The position numbers and the translations under genes were made by a program. A DNA stretch of 64,000 nt. Origin: Macrostomum lignano. Lineage: Eukaryota. The stretch lies in contig NIVC01001547.1 in assembly GCA_002269645.1 (NCBI GenBank), positions 186,001 through 250,000 of the forward strand. Reading direction: 5' to 3'. This document shows, piece after piece, positions 10,651-23,204 of this stretch (position 1 is its first letter; each line of letters starts with the position of its first letter). The notes under the pieces were generated by a model, which saw nothing but the letters and a program-made list of their open reading frames with translations, ran no database searches and had not been told where the DNA came from.

Positions 10651-11277
10651 GTGAAGTTGGCAGAAGATTTGGTGAAGAAGTCAAGGATCGAAATGAGTCC
10701 ACCTGCAGCTACAGCCCTAAGAGTGGCCAATCTGGTTGGCGGAGTGGATCTGAGACTGGATGGTGGCAGGGGCGCCCAGCTGCCTCTACGGGAACTGGCT
10801 CTCAGCATGGCTCATGTGATCTACCGGCCCGTCTGGCCCCGGGTGCTCATCAAGCGGATGCGAAGTCCCAGAGTGACTCTGCTACTCTACCCTACTGGGC
10901 AACTGAGCATCTGTGGCGCCAAGACCCACGCAGACGCCAAAAGGGCTGCCCGTCGCTTTGTGGCTATGCTGCATCGGAGAGTGCCGGATCAACTGCTGCC
11001 TCATCAAACAATTTGTGTTCGAATTAAAACTATTACTGCTCATGGACGTTTTAAGCTCCAAAATGCGCTACCGCTTACTGAACTTGTTAAAGTTTTGCCC
11101 AAAGCCCAGTATGAACCAGAAACATTTTCAGCTTTAGTTTGTCAACTTAAGTATTGTAAATGCTTGCTTTTTCATAATGCTTCTTATATTCTAAGTGGGG
11201 CGAAATCTCTGCGTATGCTAAAATCCGACAGTTCTTCCCTGTTTCGCTCTGTTAACACACTTATGCAACTAAAATAA
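10651..11277 (+). CDS. Divergent TATA-binding protein (TBP/TRF)-like protein, intronless, core domain only
   Basis: Both TBP repeats align by eye: ANLVGGVDL, YRP, RSPRVTLLLYPTGQLSICGAK...AKRAARR, then YEPETFSALV and LLFHNASYILSGAK. Confidence 0.8.
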   Translation: MKLAEDLVKKSRIEMSPPAATALRVANLVGGVDLRLDGGRGAQLPLRELALSMAHVIYRPVWPRVLIKRMRSPRVTLLLYPTGQLSICGAKTHADAKRAARRFVAMLHRRVPDQLLPHQTICVRIKTITAHGRFKLQNALPLTELVKVLPKAQYEPETFSALVCQLKYCKCLLFHNASYILSGAKSLRMLKSDSSSLFRSVNTLMQLK

Positions 11278-11461
11278 AGCACAATAATTACCCGTCTTTA
11301 ATCTTCCGACAAGAACTAGCAGAAAAAAACTTTAATATGCCTTGTTTACTAGTTTTATTTTTTGGTTAGAAAAGATGCTAAAAAATTGTCAGCAAACTGC
11401 AACACAACGAAAATTGATACTAATATTAAAATAACATAGGAAAAGAAAGAAAATGAAAATG

Positions 11462-14154
11462 CTAACACTCATAAAAGTTAAGCAAGTTTTGAAAAAGCAT
11501 TTGCACAGGTGCTTCTCGATTGTAACGGCGGCAGCTGTGGCGGCAGGGGTCTCTTAGAGCAAAGTGCCCATACGGAAGACTTTGGTTTGGGGAAGTCCAC
11601 GCACGCTTGTCCTCCCATACAGTCAGGGCACGCTTCTGTTGCTCTAAAGTGACTACTCTGTGTCGTCGGCTAGCGATTCTGCGTGTCAAGACGCGAAGCT
11701 CCTTCAAACTGGCAAACGCCTGCATGTAGTCATCGTGTGTGATTTCTGCCCGCAGCACACTCTTCTGAACACCTTTGGCTGCCTTCTTCCCTCCAGACTC
11801 GGCCTTCATCGAGTATAGTTTTGGTCTCAAAAGGATCCATTCACGATGGGGATTGCCTGCAGATTCGTCCTTTATGCAGCCTAACTTGGCTTTTAGATCA
11901 TCGGATCGGAATTGATGGTCGGCCGGGAAGTTTGAGGTATCTAGCAATCGCTGGCGAATGAGTTCTGGTAGAACAGCACTCTGAACATCGATGTTTTTAA
12001 AGCACAGAAAGAAGGAATCGGTGTCCCCACCGCATAGGGAAACTCCTTGTTGGAGAGCAGGATTCTCAAATGTTGGCTTTAGCTTTTCATAGTACAATCG
12101 GTACATCGCCAGCTTAGAGTCATCAAAAACACATTGACCTACGTAGATTGGGCGGTCAAGAGTGATTGAAGTCTTGAAAAATTGAAAAACTACTAAGTCT
12201 TGAGTCACAATCGTAAAGTCCTTAAGATTCGGACGCGATGAATAGATTTTGAACTGCTCCTCATTGTTAGAAATTCGAACACTGAGCCTCTTCCGTACGT
12301 TTTCCATCGTTTTGCCGAACAGGGAGTTATTCTTCAGTTTGTAATAGTCTTTTTCGAATTCCGTTGTAGCCGCTGAGCGCTTTTTGCTGTTTCTGTCAAT
12401 GTAGGCTTGGAAAATTGCAGCTTGACAAAATTGAATAGCTCTTCGGACCTTTTTTAGTCGCATACCGTGACGCAAGTAGAACTTCAAAATTCGGAAATGT
12501 ACGACGTAGGATTCCTTGTCATGACATGTGAGTAAAAGTTTCACACAGCCTTTGTACGGCTCGTTGCGAGTGTTCAATTCGCCCCAAAGACGTTTCATGA
12601 ATGGCGGAAACTCTTTCGAGCTTAGGCGCGGCCTTCTCGGGGGCAAATGGCAAATCTTGTGTCTGCGTGTGGATTACATCTGGATATTCCAAATCAACCT
12701 CAAATAGGTAGCCAACTGGACCATCGTCATCAAAATTTAAAATTTAGAAGCTTTTAGAAGCTACTTAAATTTAATTTAAGTAGCTTCTCTTCTGTCCATT
12801 CACACAGTTCTTCTTCACTAAGCCACTCAAAGTCACTGACGGGTAGTTTTTCGGACAGCGCTTGCCCGTAGAGATTATTCATGTCTACGGGGAGCAAAGA
12901 ATTTGTCTCGGCATTAGAAGCTGCGCTTGATGAATCTGCACCATCTGACGACTGGTGACTGGTGACTGGTCCGGCAGTAACATGATGAACGTTCGTGAAG
13001 GTCATTCCTCCACGAATGCCAAGCTCAAAGAGTCTGTACTTCTCAGCATCGTCGAGCAACTGGAGCGGTGTTGGCGCGGATTTCAGCGCGGAATCAAATG
13101 ATAGACCTGGTGTAGTAAAGTAGTGGGCTGGGTCAAGACCGTCATCATGGAGACTCAAACGGCGAAAGTTCTGAAAAACATCGGCAAGTTGACGGATGTC
13201 AAGCTGCAGGTAGGCAAGCATGTAGTCGTGCAAATTTTTTGCTTCGATCTGCTTCCAGGCTTTGCGCGCATGAGCATAGCTCTCCTCACTGCAAGCTGTC
13301 TTTGTCAGAGAGTTAAAAAACTCTTCTCTGCTCGGAAGTTCGGTCACTGCCAAATTCGCGGGGGATTTGACGAAATCATAGGGAAAGACTCCCTTGATAG
13401 ACAAAGTTTCATTAGTTAACTTTGGAAAGCAGCTTTTCATTTGCTGAGTGATTTTTCTGTCCTGGAGTGGTAAGTTGCGAATCAGTTTGTCTAGACCCGC
13501 GTTTAAAAACTGGAATGAATCGAGGAACTGCAGAGTGAAGAAAATTGTTTTCTTTTTGCCTTTCGGTAGAGTGATTTCGGCGATTGGGAAATCTACTCGA
13601 AGAGACATATAGCGTTCAGAAGTCTGAGGAATGACACTCAGCTTCCAGTTTTTCATATTTCCTAACGCTGTTGAAAACAGGAGGTGCATGTCATAATTTC
13701 GGAGATTATGGAAGAAACTCGGCAGAAATCTTCGGCGAAGTTGCGCTAATTTGTTACACCGTGAACATGCGGCGCCTTTGAATTTTCCAGTCAGATGATC
13801 AGGGTCATAGTGCTTGTCATTAGTGTCAGTAAACTGTCGATCACAGTAATGACAGTTGGAGGATTCACTGAAGATATGACTAGCAATAGTGTCTGCTTCA
13901 GCCGTTTGGTAGCTGTGCCTTCTGTTCCATTCATAGACTTCTCGAGCCACGCGTTCCAGCTCATGAAGAAACGTTTCCATACACTCCAATGGATTCGAAC
14001 TGGAGACCAACTTCACCTTACCTTGATCCTTGAGTGGTGGTCCCTTCATGCCTTCACGAGAAACGAGTAGAAATCCACCCGCTGCAGGCAGATGCTCGCT
14101 AATAAAGACGGTTTTGCCAGTTACCATGACCTCATCTGGTCTTGCTTGTACATG

Positions 14155-14234
<80 letters not shown>

Positions 14235-15395
14235 GTGTGCTGCAGACTTGCTCATTGTCGCTGACCTCCATTTCCTTAACCTTCTGATGCATGACCTCTC
14301 GAGTGTGGGGGCCTAGCGGAGAATTAAATGCTTCAATATCAGCATAGATGGCGAACGGTGCTTCAATAGTTTTGAAGTAGTTTTGAAAAGACAGCACGCT
14401 GCGCTTCTCAGTAGGAACTCGTTCCTTGACAGCAAACTCATTAGAGCGATAGCACTGCTCTCTGTGCTCACTTAGCTTCTGATCAGTAACGAAAGAGCTC
14501 AAGCAGCGTTCACACCATTTTCTGTGGTAAAGACCGCTTTTACTGTTTAGTAGCCTATCAAGGCTCACAATTCCGCACCAGTGTTTATCCTCTTCATCCT
14601 TGTTAGCTGATTTGTTCAATAGTAGGAGAATAACTACTTTGCGACTGCATGCGACTTCAACTCGTGGCTGCCTCAGCACACTGACACCGTTACTGCTTGA
14701 CCAAGAAAAAACTACAAAACATAACCTTGGGTTCAGTAATTCGATTCGATTTAGCTGGTTGAGTCCAACGGGTAAGGAAATTCCTGAAAGATTGATATCG
14801 TTCAACCAGTCCTTGTAAGTAGAAAACCTTTGAGGGTTTTTCCTCAAATTCTCATCACCGTGATGCAGCGCTGCAAGGCAGGCATACAAAAAACAATCAG
14901 AGCCAGTACTAGGAGGATTGATGACGGCTTTTTTTGCCTTCAGCAGAGGAGGTAATTCAAAATTTCTTGCGTGACCAGAGTAGAAGCGCAGTCTTTGACC
15001 AACCGCAATATTCAAGTCGATGCAGTTGACGCACACAATCACCCAACCACTGCCATTTGTGTTCATCTTCTCAATGATGCCTTCGCAACCATCAATCTGC
15101 TGCTTCCACCAATCATCAAAGCAAGCGGCGTCATTGACAGGTTGCAAACGAGTGCTTACCCATCTTTCTTCCTGGTTCACCACTTCACCAGCTTGGATTC
15201 TGTTCATTCGGATGCTCATTTTTAGCTGCGCTCTAACTAAAAGATTTGGATTCACCATCTTCTCGAATAAAATTCGCTGTATTGCTTCCCTGCTCCGTCG
15301 GGCGAGTTCAAATGGGTCACATGGTGCATCGCTTGGCACGGAAATTCGATACACCACCAGGGTTTCGTTGTGCGCACTTGCTACTTGCTGAATGT
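11462..15395 (-). pseudogene. Polinton-type (protein-primed class) family-B DNA polymerase with endonuclease VII-like zinc motif, disrupted
   Basis: GSGW N-terminal motif, C2HC-like finger CERC...HREQC, Exo I IYADIE, CHYC...DHLTGKFKGAACSRCN, Exo II HNLRNYD, Exo III YLQLD, Pol A DMNNLYG, Pol B KLKNNSLFGK, Pol C GDTDS; stop/frameshifts around 12620-12790. Confidence 0.9.
14153..14234 (+). repeat. (GCT)n microsatellite, in frame as poly-Ser inside the polymerase
   Basis: About 27 GCT units read as AGC (Ser) on the coding strand. Confidence 0.95.
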
Positions 15396-15578
15396 CTAAA
15401 ATGAAAAATTAACAGCTTTGCTTATTTTCTGTTACTCAAAGGATGGTATTCCATGATAAAGAAATTTAGACTCAATAAGCACACTTAAATCGAATTTCTC
15501 GATTTTTAAATACAAAACTTCGAATGCACCCAGGAATTAAATAACTTAAGGCTGAAATTAAAAATGTTGTTGACTCAC

Positions 15579-16005
15579 GATAAGGATGAATATTGCTGGC
15601 ACCGTTGTTTTCGATCAAGCTGAGTTCACTTCTTGCACTGCCGCCGCCGGTGTCGCTTCCTGCACTGCCGCCGCCGGTGTCGCTTCCTGCACTACCGCCG
15701 CCGGTGTCGCTTCCTGCACTACCGCCGCCGGTGTCGCTTCCTGCACTGCCGCCGCCGGTGTCGCTTCCTGCACTGCCGCCGCCGGTGTCGCTTCCTGCAC
15801 TACCACCGCCGGTGTCGATCAGACTGGAACCGCTACTAGCACAATCTTGCTTAGTGTTGTTGGTGTCGGTTTCAGAGAGCCCATCGAAATCACTCTCCGA
15901 GTAGTCTGCCCCGGAACTTGATTCAGACCAATTATCTTCGCTCTCTGATTCTGACCAGCAGTCACAATCGGACTCTGAAAACTCGCTTGAGTCCTGCTCT
16001 GCCAC
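15579..16005 (-). CDS. Probable first exon of the polymerase: acidic Ser/Asp/Glu-rich region plus 27-bp repeats (DTGGGSAGS)n
   Basis: ATG at 16005; donor C|GTGAGT at 15579/15578 and acceptor TTTTCATTTTAG| at 15396/15395 are both phase 1 and join in frame to PolB, which otherwise lacks an ATG. Confidence 0.5.
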
Positions 16006-16476
16006 TTTGCCTGTTATTTGGTTCCCTTAGCTGCAATTAGTTGAGTGGTCAAATACATCTCTAATACAAAGTATGGATACAAATTAAACTTTCAAACTAT
16101 TATATTTAAGTGAAAAACTAATATTGAAATTGATTAAATAGAAACGAAATTCCAACTTATCCAGTCATAATGAAGTAAAAAATCGAATGCTAGCAGTATA
16201 TTTTTACTTCAATTTTTCTGCATCAAAGTATTTAGACTTACAATTACAATGCTATCAGGGTAAGCTTTTGATTGTCAAAATGAATTTAATAGCCCCTGCC
16301 AGTTACCGCAGGCAAAAAAAAATTGAAAACTGGGGCTACGACCGGTGCTGCTTGAGGCAGTTCTAGATTTTCAAAAACTTGTATTCATATTTGAGTCAAC
16401 AATTAAATGATTGGCTTATTTAATTGTAGATTGATACTACTAAAAGCTATGATGCTCGAAATATTCTATCTAGCTT

Positions 16477-16572
16477 TGCTAATCGCTATTGATTTAAACA
16501 AAAAACACTTCTTGGCTTATTGTAAATAAAAAAAAGCTAAAGTACAAATTAAAGAAAAAATTTAGGTTAAAA
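16477..16572 (-). repeat. Inner segment of right inverted arm
   Basis: Reverse complement of 10212-10306 (tgctaatcgctattgatttaaacaaaaaacacttcttggcttattg...). Confidence 0.85.
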
Positions 16573-16924
16573 CTAGCAATCTAGCGCCCCCCTTCGGGGT
16601 GGCCAATAAGCAAGGGACGAATCCTTTAAAATGAAAAAAAATTCTTAGGGAGGGGGGCTAGGAATCGAATTCTCATTTTAATTCCAGGCTTATGTACCAA
16701 TAAAACATGCTTGTGCAGAATTTTATAACAGACATTGAAATTCAACCATACTTGCCTTCTTTCAGAGCTACTTCTACCAGTATGCTTCAGTACGCTACCA
16801 GTACCCTTGTAAGCCTTGACATGTCAGCAATCCCCCCCCACAAGCCTTAACATATCAACTCCCCCCTTGATATCTCAGCAATGCTCCCATAAGCCTTGAA
16901 ATCTTAAAAAATCTGTCTACTTTC

Positions 16925-16960
16925 TAACCCTAACCCTAACCCTAACCCTAACCCTAACCC
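16925..16960 (-). repeat. Interstitial telomere-type repeat (TTAGGG)6
   Basis: Six taaccc units on the plus strand. Confidence 0.85.
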
Positions 16961-17899
16961 TAAAGCATTGAAATTTCAGTAATTCTCTCTAAGAGTCTAT
17001 AGCACTACTACAGCATTATATCGATTCCCTGCAAGCCTCGACATCGTAGGGATTCCCAAATGAATCTCTTAACTTTGACATGAAGCTTCTTTTTTTTACA
17101 TTACGCTTTTTCTATCAGCGATCCCTCCCGTGAGGAGCCAACAAATAATGTAATAACTTTTTTCCAATAAACTACATGTAGCTTCTGACATTAGCCTTGA
17201 CATCTCATTTATTCCCCCGTGAGCCTTGACATCTCAGCTATAGATAGATAGATAGATTCCCCTCGTAAGCCTTGACATGTCAGCGATGCCCCCCATAAAC
17301 CTTGAAATCTAAAAAATCCCCTGTTAACCTTGAAACGCGCTAAAATCTAACCCTCAACCCAAACCTGACGTAAACCTAACTTTCACCCAACCTAAAGCCT
17401 TGAAATCACAGCAATTCTTCTTCCCTAAGCCTTGGCATTTAAGTGATTCCTTCTTTAAGAATCACAGCACTATAACGATTCCCTCCAAGCTTTGACATCG
17501 TAGCAATTCCCAAATGAATCTTTTAACTTTGACATGACTTTTATTTTATGTATACATAGTGCTCCTTTTATTTTTACATGACTCTTCTTCTATCAGCGCC
17601 CCCCCCACCGTGGCAAGCCAACAAAGAATACAATAAAAAAACTTAAGTAAAGTACATGTACTTTGAAGTAGCTTCTGACTTTTGCTTTAACATCTCAGAA
17701 ACCCCCCTGTAATCTCAGTTATTCTCTGTGAGCCTTGACGTCTCAGTAATTCTCCCCAGCACAGCACTATAGCTTCATTTAATTTTTATATGACACTTCT
17801 TTCATGTCTGACATGACGCTTCTTTTGATTTTTACGTTACGCTTCTTTTATTCTTCCATGATGCTTCTTAATTTTTTAAATGACACTTTCATTAGTTTT

Positions 17900-18455
17900 T
17901 ATATGAGGCTTCTATGATTTTTTCATGACGCTTCTATGTTAACATGACGCTTCTATGCTTGTTTACATGACGCTTTTATGATTGTTTACATGACGCTTCT
18001 ATGATTGTTTACATGACGCTTGTATGATTGTTTACATGACGCTTGTATGATTGTTTACATGACGCTTCTATGATTTTTACATGACGCTTCTATGATTGTT
18101 TACATGACGCTTGTATGATTGTTTACATGACGCTTCTATGATTTTAACATGACGCTTCTATGATTGTTTACATGACGCTTTTATGATTGTTTACATGACG
18201 CTTCTATGATTTTTGCATGACGCTTCTATGATTTTTACATGACGCTTCTATGATTTTTACATGACGCTTCTATGATTGTTTACATGACGCTTGTATGATT
18301 GTTTACATGACGCTTGTATGATTTTAACATGACGCTTCTATGATTGTTTACATTACGCTTCTATGATTGCTTGCATGACGCTTCTATGATTGTTTACATT
18401 ACGCTTCTATGATTGCTTGCATGACGCTTCTATGATTTTTTACATGACGCTTCCA
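17900..18455 (+). repeat. ~21-22-bp minisatellite inside the Helitron
   Basis: Unit catgacgcttctatgattgttta and variants. Confidence 0.9.
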
Positions 18456-18764
18456 TAATTTTTTTTTGTCTTGGCGTTAAAAAGCTTTAATTAAAAAAAC
18501 TCTACTCTCTAAAAATTCGAACCATCGTCCCTGCATTTAGCAGTTTAGTCTGTTTACCTCTAGGCTAGCTCTCATGAATTTTAGTCATTACCCCTAAATA
18601 GAAAATATTCCCAAGACAGCAAGCATCCCCCCAGTAGCAAGCATCCCCTAATACTCCTAGCAAGCATCCACCCAGATAGCAAGCATCCTGCACATAGCAA
18701 GAATCCCTAAATAGCAAGCATCCCTGGATAGAAATAATCCTATACATGTAGCCAAGCTTATCAA

Positions 18765-19592
18765 GCGCAGTAATCCTTGGCTATCGAGTGCAGTAATCCT
18801 TGGTTTATTAATAGCAATAATCCATGGCTTATCGAGTGCAGTAATTCTTGGTTTGCCAAGTGCAGTAAGTAATCCTTGGTTTATTACTAGCAATAATCCA
18901 TGGCTTATCGAGTGCAGTAATCCTTGGTTTATTAATAGCAATAATCCTTGGCTTATCGAGTGCAGTAATCCTTGGTTCGGGTTGCATTAATCCTTGGTTT
19001 ATTAATAGCAATAATCCTTGGCTTATCGAGTGAAGTAATCCTTGGTTTATTAATAGCAATAATCCTTGATAAATCAAGTGCAGTAATCCTTGGTTTGCCA
19101 AGAGCAATAGTCCTTGGTTTATTGAGTGCAGTAATTCTTGGTTTATTAATAGCAATAGTCCTTGGTTTATTGAGTGCAGTAATCCTTGGTTTATTAATAG
19201 CAATAATCCTTGGCTTATCGAGTGCAGTAATCCTTGGTTTGCCAAGTGCATAATCCTTGGTTTATTAATAGCAATAATCCTTGGCTTATTGAGTGCAGTA
19301 ATCCTTGGTTTATTAATAGCAATAATCCATGGCTTATCGAGTGCAGTAATCCTTGGTTTGCCAAGAGCAATAGTCCTTGGTTTATTGAGTGCAGTAATCC
19401 TTGGTTTATTAATAGCAATAGTCCTTGGTTTATTGAGTGCAGTAATCCTTGGTTTATTAATATCAATAATCCTTGGCTTATCGAGTGCAGTAATCCTTGG
19501 TTTATTAATAGCAACAATCCTTGGCTTATCGAGTGCAGTAATCCTTGGTTTGCCAAGAGCAATAATCCTTAGCTTATCGAGTGCAGTAATCT
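18765..19592 (+). repeat. ~24-bp minisatellite with alternating sub-units inside the Helitron
   Basis: Units gagtgcagtaatccttggtttattaatagcaataatccttggcttatc and variants. Confidence 0.9.
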
Positions 19593-20290
19593 AAGTGTTT
19601 TTTTTTAGTCCTTTAATAAAAGCTTTTAATAAAAAAATTTACACTACTACTTAGATTCGAACCCAGGTCGCTGCATTAGCAGTCTGGTCTGTTCAGCTCT
19701 AGGCTAGCTCTCATCGAAGTTATCAGTGAATTTGTACCACTTATATAATTCAACACTCACACCAAGTCAGGTAGAGTAAAAAGTCACACGAAGCAGTTAT
19801 GACATAATCAATTTCTTAGGCAAGTCAGTACCAGTGTCTATGAAAGCTAACAATATGGTTACGTAATATAAATTCAGTACTGCGCTATGCTTTCACACTC
19901 AAAGCTGTGACGCAATTCAATTGAGTGTCAAATTCAGCCAGTACACAGGCGATAAATAAAGTGTATTGTGATGCAATCTATTTCAGAATCAGAATTCAAC
20001 CAGTCAGTTTTATCTCTAGCATTCTTACAATGCATTTCAAGTCAAAAAGTTTGCTTGACCTTTGCAAAAAAGCATGTTTTTCGAATATTTAATCCCTTTA
20101 GCATCGAGCAATTTCTTAGCCACGGTGCATGTACAGTCACGGGAAAATTTCTGATCGAACAGTGCAAGTTCGAACAAAATCGGTCCAGCCATTTTTTCTC
20201 TAATCGATCACATAGACACAGACAGACTTAAGATGAATTTTTAAGATACACAATAGCCAAGAATGACCAAGTGACCAAGAATTCGCTTGC

Positions 20291-21368
20291 TCAACGAGAC
20301 ACAAAAATAATGCTGTCATTTTCAATTTTTACAATATATCCTGCTCCAATTACTGGTGGCAGCACCAGTTGCAGTTGGCATCGAGGTACGACATTATTAG
20401 CAGCCTCAAATTCCCCTTCTCCCAATACCTCCATCAGGGAATCCAATCCAGCCGGTTCTTCAAAATGTTTGGCTGAGCAATCTGTTCACCAATGTTGTTG
20501 ATGCTTGAAAGCTGCTCGCCGATGCCTGGAGGCTGCTGCTGCTGCTCGCTGATGCTAAGAGGCTGCTGTTGCTGCTTGCTGATGCTGGGAGGCTGCTGTT
20601 GCTGCTCGCCGATGCCTGGAGGCTGCTGCTGCTGCTCGCTGATGCTAGGAGGCTGCTCGCCGATGCCTGGAGGCTGCTGCTGCTGCTCGCCGATGCCTGG
20701 AGGCTGCTGCTGCTGCTCGCCGATGCCTGGAGGCTGCTGCTGCTGCTCGCTGATGCTAAGAGGCTGCTGTTGCTGCTCGCTGATGCTAGGAGGCTGCTCG
20801 CCGATGCCTGGAGGCTGCTGCTGCTGCCGCTCGCTGATGCTAAGAGGCTGCTCATTGTTGATAGCAATGTCGCTGTCCTCAGTCTCCTCATCGGTTGGCT
20901 CTTCGTACAGAAGGCTGTCGGGACTGTCCATGCGGATCTGCTTTCCTCTGATATCCGGGGATGTCTAGCCGACTGAGCACCGAGTGGGCGTTGGAATTGT
21001 GACTGCTGCGGCTGCTGAACAAAGTCATCCTCGCTGCTACAGCCGTCTCTAATTACACCGTTTATTAATTGGCTGAGAGCCTGTCGTGCAGCGGTTTGCT
21101 CTCCGGCTATTTGATGCGCTTTCTGCATAACTATGCGTCTTAAATTTTTCATTCCATTGTCTCCAGTAGGCAGCTGCTGATGCCCGCGGTGAGCTGTGAA
21201 TTTTCCCGCTTTTCCTTCACGCTTCATTACAACGCCACACTGCCAGCAAACGTTGAAAGTGCTCTTGTTGCACTCTTTGTGATGGCCAGGCTTTAAAAAT
21301 CCAACAACGCACTTGTTGCAAGTTAGGCAGACTTCAAAGGTAGCACATGAGTCGCTAATCTTCTTCAT
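20291..21368 (-). pseudogene. Frameshifted mirror copy of the 9135-10154 arm ORF
   Basis: Identical N-terminus MKKISDSCATFEVC; frame lost near 20960 (C5 run versus C4) and again near 20462. Confidence 0.7.
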
Positions 21369-21477
21369 TGTTGCGGCGGAAGAGAGAATTCGGAAGACTG
21401 CAGTTATTTTTCACTTCATTTATATATATACAATTTGCGGAACACTGACCACTGAATACAGTACCCTCCAATCCCCA

Positions 21478-22328
21478 TTAAATGTACATCATTATTTGTT
21501 CCCCACCAACCCCAATCCAGTTGTTCCTCAAACCGACCAATCCTCTCCAATCAGCATAAAATGTACATCATTATTTGTTCCCCACCAACCCCAATCCAGT
21601 TGTTCCTCAAACCGACCAATCCTCTCCAATCAGCATAAAATGTACATCATTATTTGTTCCCCACCAACCCCAATCCAGTTGTTCCTCAAACCGACCAATC
21701 CTCTCCAATCAGCATAAAATGTACATCATTATTTGTTCCCACCAACCCCAATCCAGTTGTTCCTCAAACCGACCAATCCTCTCCAATCAGCATAAAATGT
21801 ACATCATTATTTGTTCCCCACCAACCCCAATCCAGTTGTTCCTCAAACCGACCAATCCTCTCCAATCAGCATAAAATGTACATCATTATTTGTTCCCCAC
21901 CAACCCCAATCCAGTTGTTCCTCAAACCGACCAATCCTCTCCAATCAGCATAAAATTTACATCATTATTTGTTCCCACCAACCCCAATCCAGTTGTTCCT
22001 CAAACCGACCAATCCTCTCCAATCAGCATAAAATGTACATCATTATTTGTTCCCCACCAACCCCAATCCAGTTGTTCCTCAAACCGACCAATCCTCTCCA
22101 ATCAGCATAAAATGTACATCATTATTTGTTCCCCACCAACCCCAATCCAGTTGTTCCTCAAACCGACCAATCCTCTCCAATCAGCATAAAATGTACATCA
22201 TTATTTGTTCCCCACCAACCCCAATCCAGTTGTTCCTCAAACCGACCAATCCTCTCCAATCAGCATAAAATGTACATCATTATTTGTTCCCCACCAACCC
22301 CAATCCAGTTGTTCCTCAAACCGACCAA
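21478..22328 (+). repeat. 78/79-bp tandem array, about 11 copies
   Basis: Same unit as 8569-9025, opposite strand. Confidence 0.95.
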
Positions 22329-23204
22329 TCGAACCCCCATCCCTAATTTTCTTTCCAAGAACGGTGTACACAGCGCAGTTGTTGTGGTAGACTAGAAGAA
22401 GAAAAATAATTACTCGTACACGCCGATATTATTCTGGCGCAATAACAAACTTTGTGCTTAGTAGACCCCAGACCTTTATCTAATAAAATTTCCCACAATA
22501 TTTACTTTATATTCATTGGGCTTCGTTCTGTACCATAAACCGCCTATACAGTTGTAAAACTGAGATCAACGGAAGAGCCTAGCAGTGAGAGCGTCGTGAG
22601 CCCCAACTAGCTTTTATGATCCGAACACTGTATCATCCAGCCCTTCGGATTTTCATACCTATATTTTTCCCTTTACACCGCCGGCAAGACTTGAACTAAC
22701 CACAGCTCTGCCCAGCCCCTTATATCTCTCAGTGTACAATGGGGAGGGGGAGGGACATAGGTGCGTAGGCCTGCGCCATTGCCTAACCAACCTCAGACCC
22801 ATACAACGCCTAACCCCCTCCTCTCGGATTTCCCCCATCCCACTTTCAAACCCAATGCAATAGGGCTCTATACTACCATGGCCCTCCTATCTCGGCAGAG
22901 TCTGGGTTTTTTGTGCGAATGGGTGCGAATAGCATCCTGGTCTTAAAAATCGCACCCTGAAATTTGACTCAGGGTGTGAAAAGCGCACCAGAATTTTTTG
23001 CAAGGATGTGATGCGGATTTAACAATTTAGTGTTATGGACGTCTTTAGTGTTATTAGTGTTAGACCAGTTTTTGTCTGCAGCAGTGCAGCGCATCCTGGT
23101 CTTGAAGATCGCACCCTGAAATCTAGCACAGGGTGCGAAATCGCACCCAAGTTATGGACGAAAAAAAACCCAGGGCAGAATTGCATATGCGTTTCACCAC
23201 TAGA

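Larger units (their letters stand above)
16573..20233 (-). mobile_element. Non-autonomous Helitron inserted in the right arm
   Basis: Minus strand starts TC (20233) after a target A and ends CTAG (16576-16573) before a target T, with a GC hairpin (gccccccttcggggtggc) a few bases from the 3' end; no TSD; removing it restores colinearity with the left arm. Confidence 0.75.

Noticed and set aside
16925-16960. Chromosome end or telomere healing site
   Set aside because: Only six units, internal to a Helitron-like insertion.
18565-19594. Leu/Ile-rich ORFs resembling membrane proteins
   Set aside because: Translations of the minisatellites inside the Helitron.
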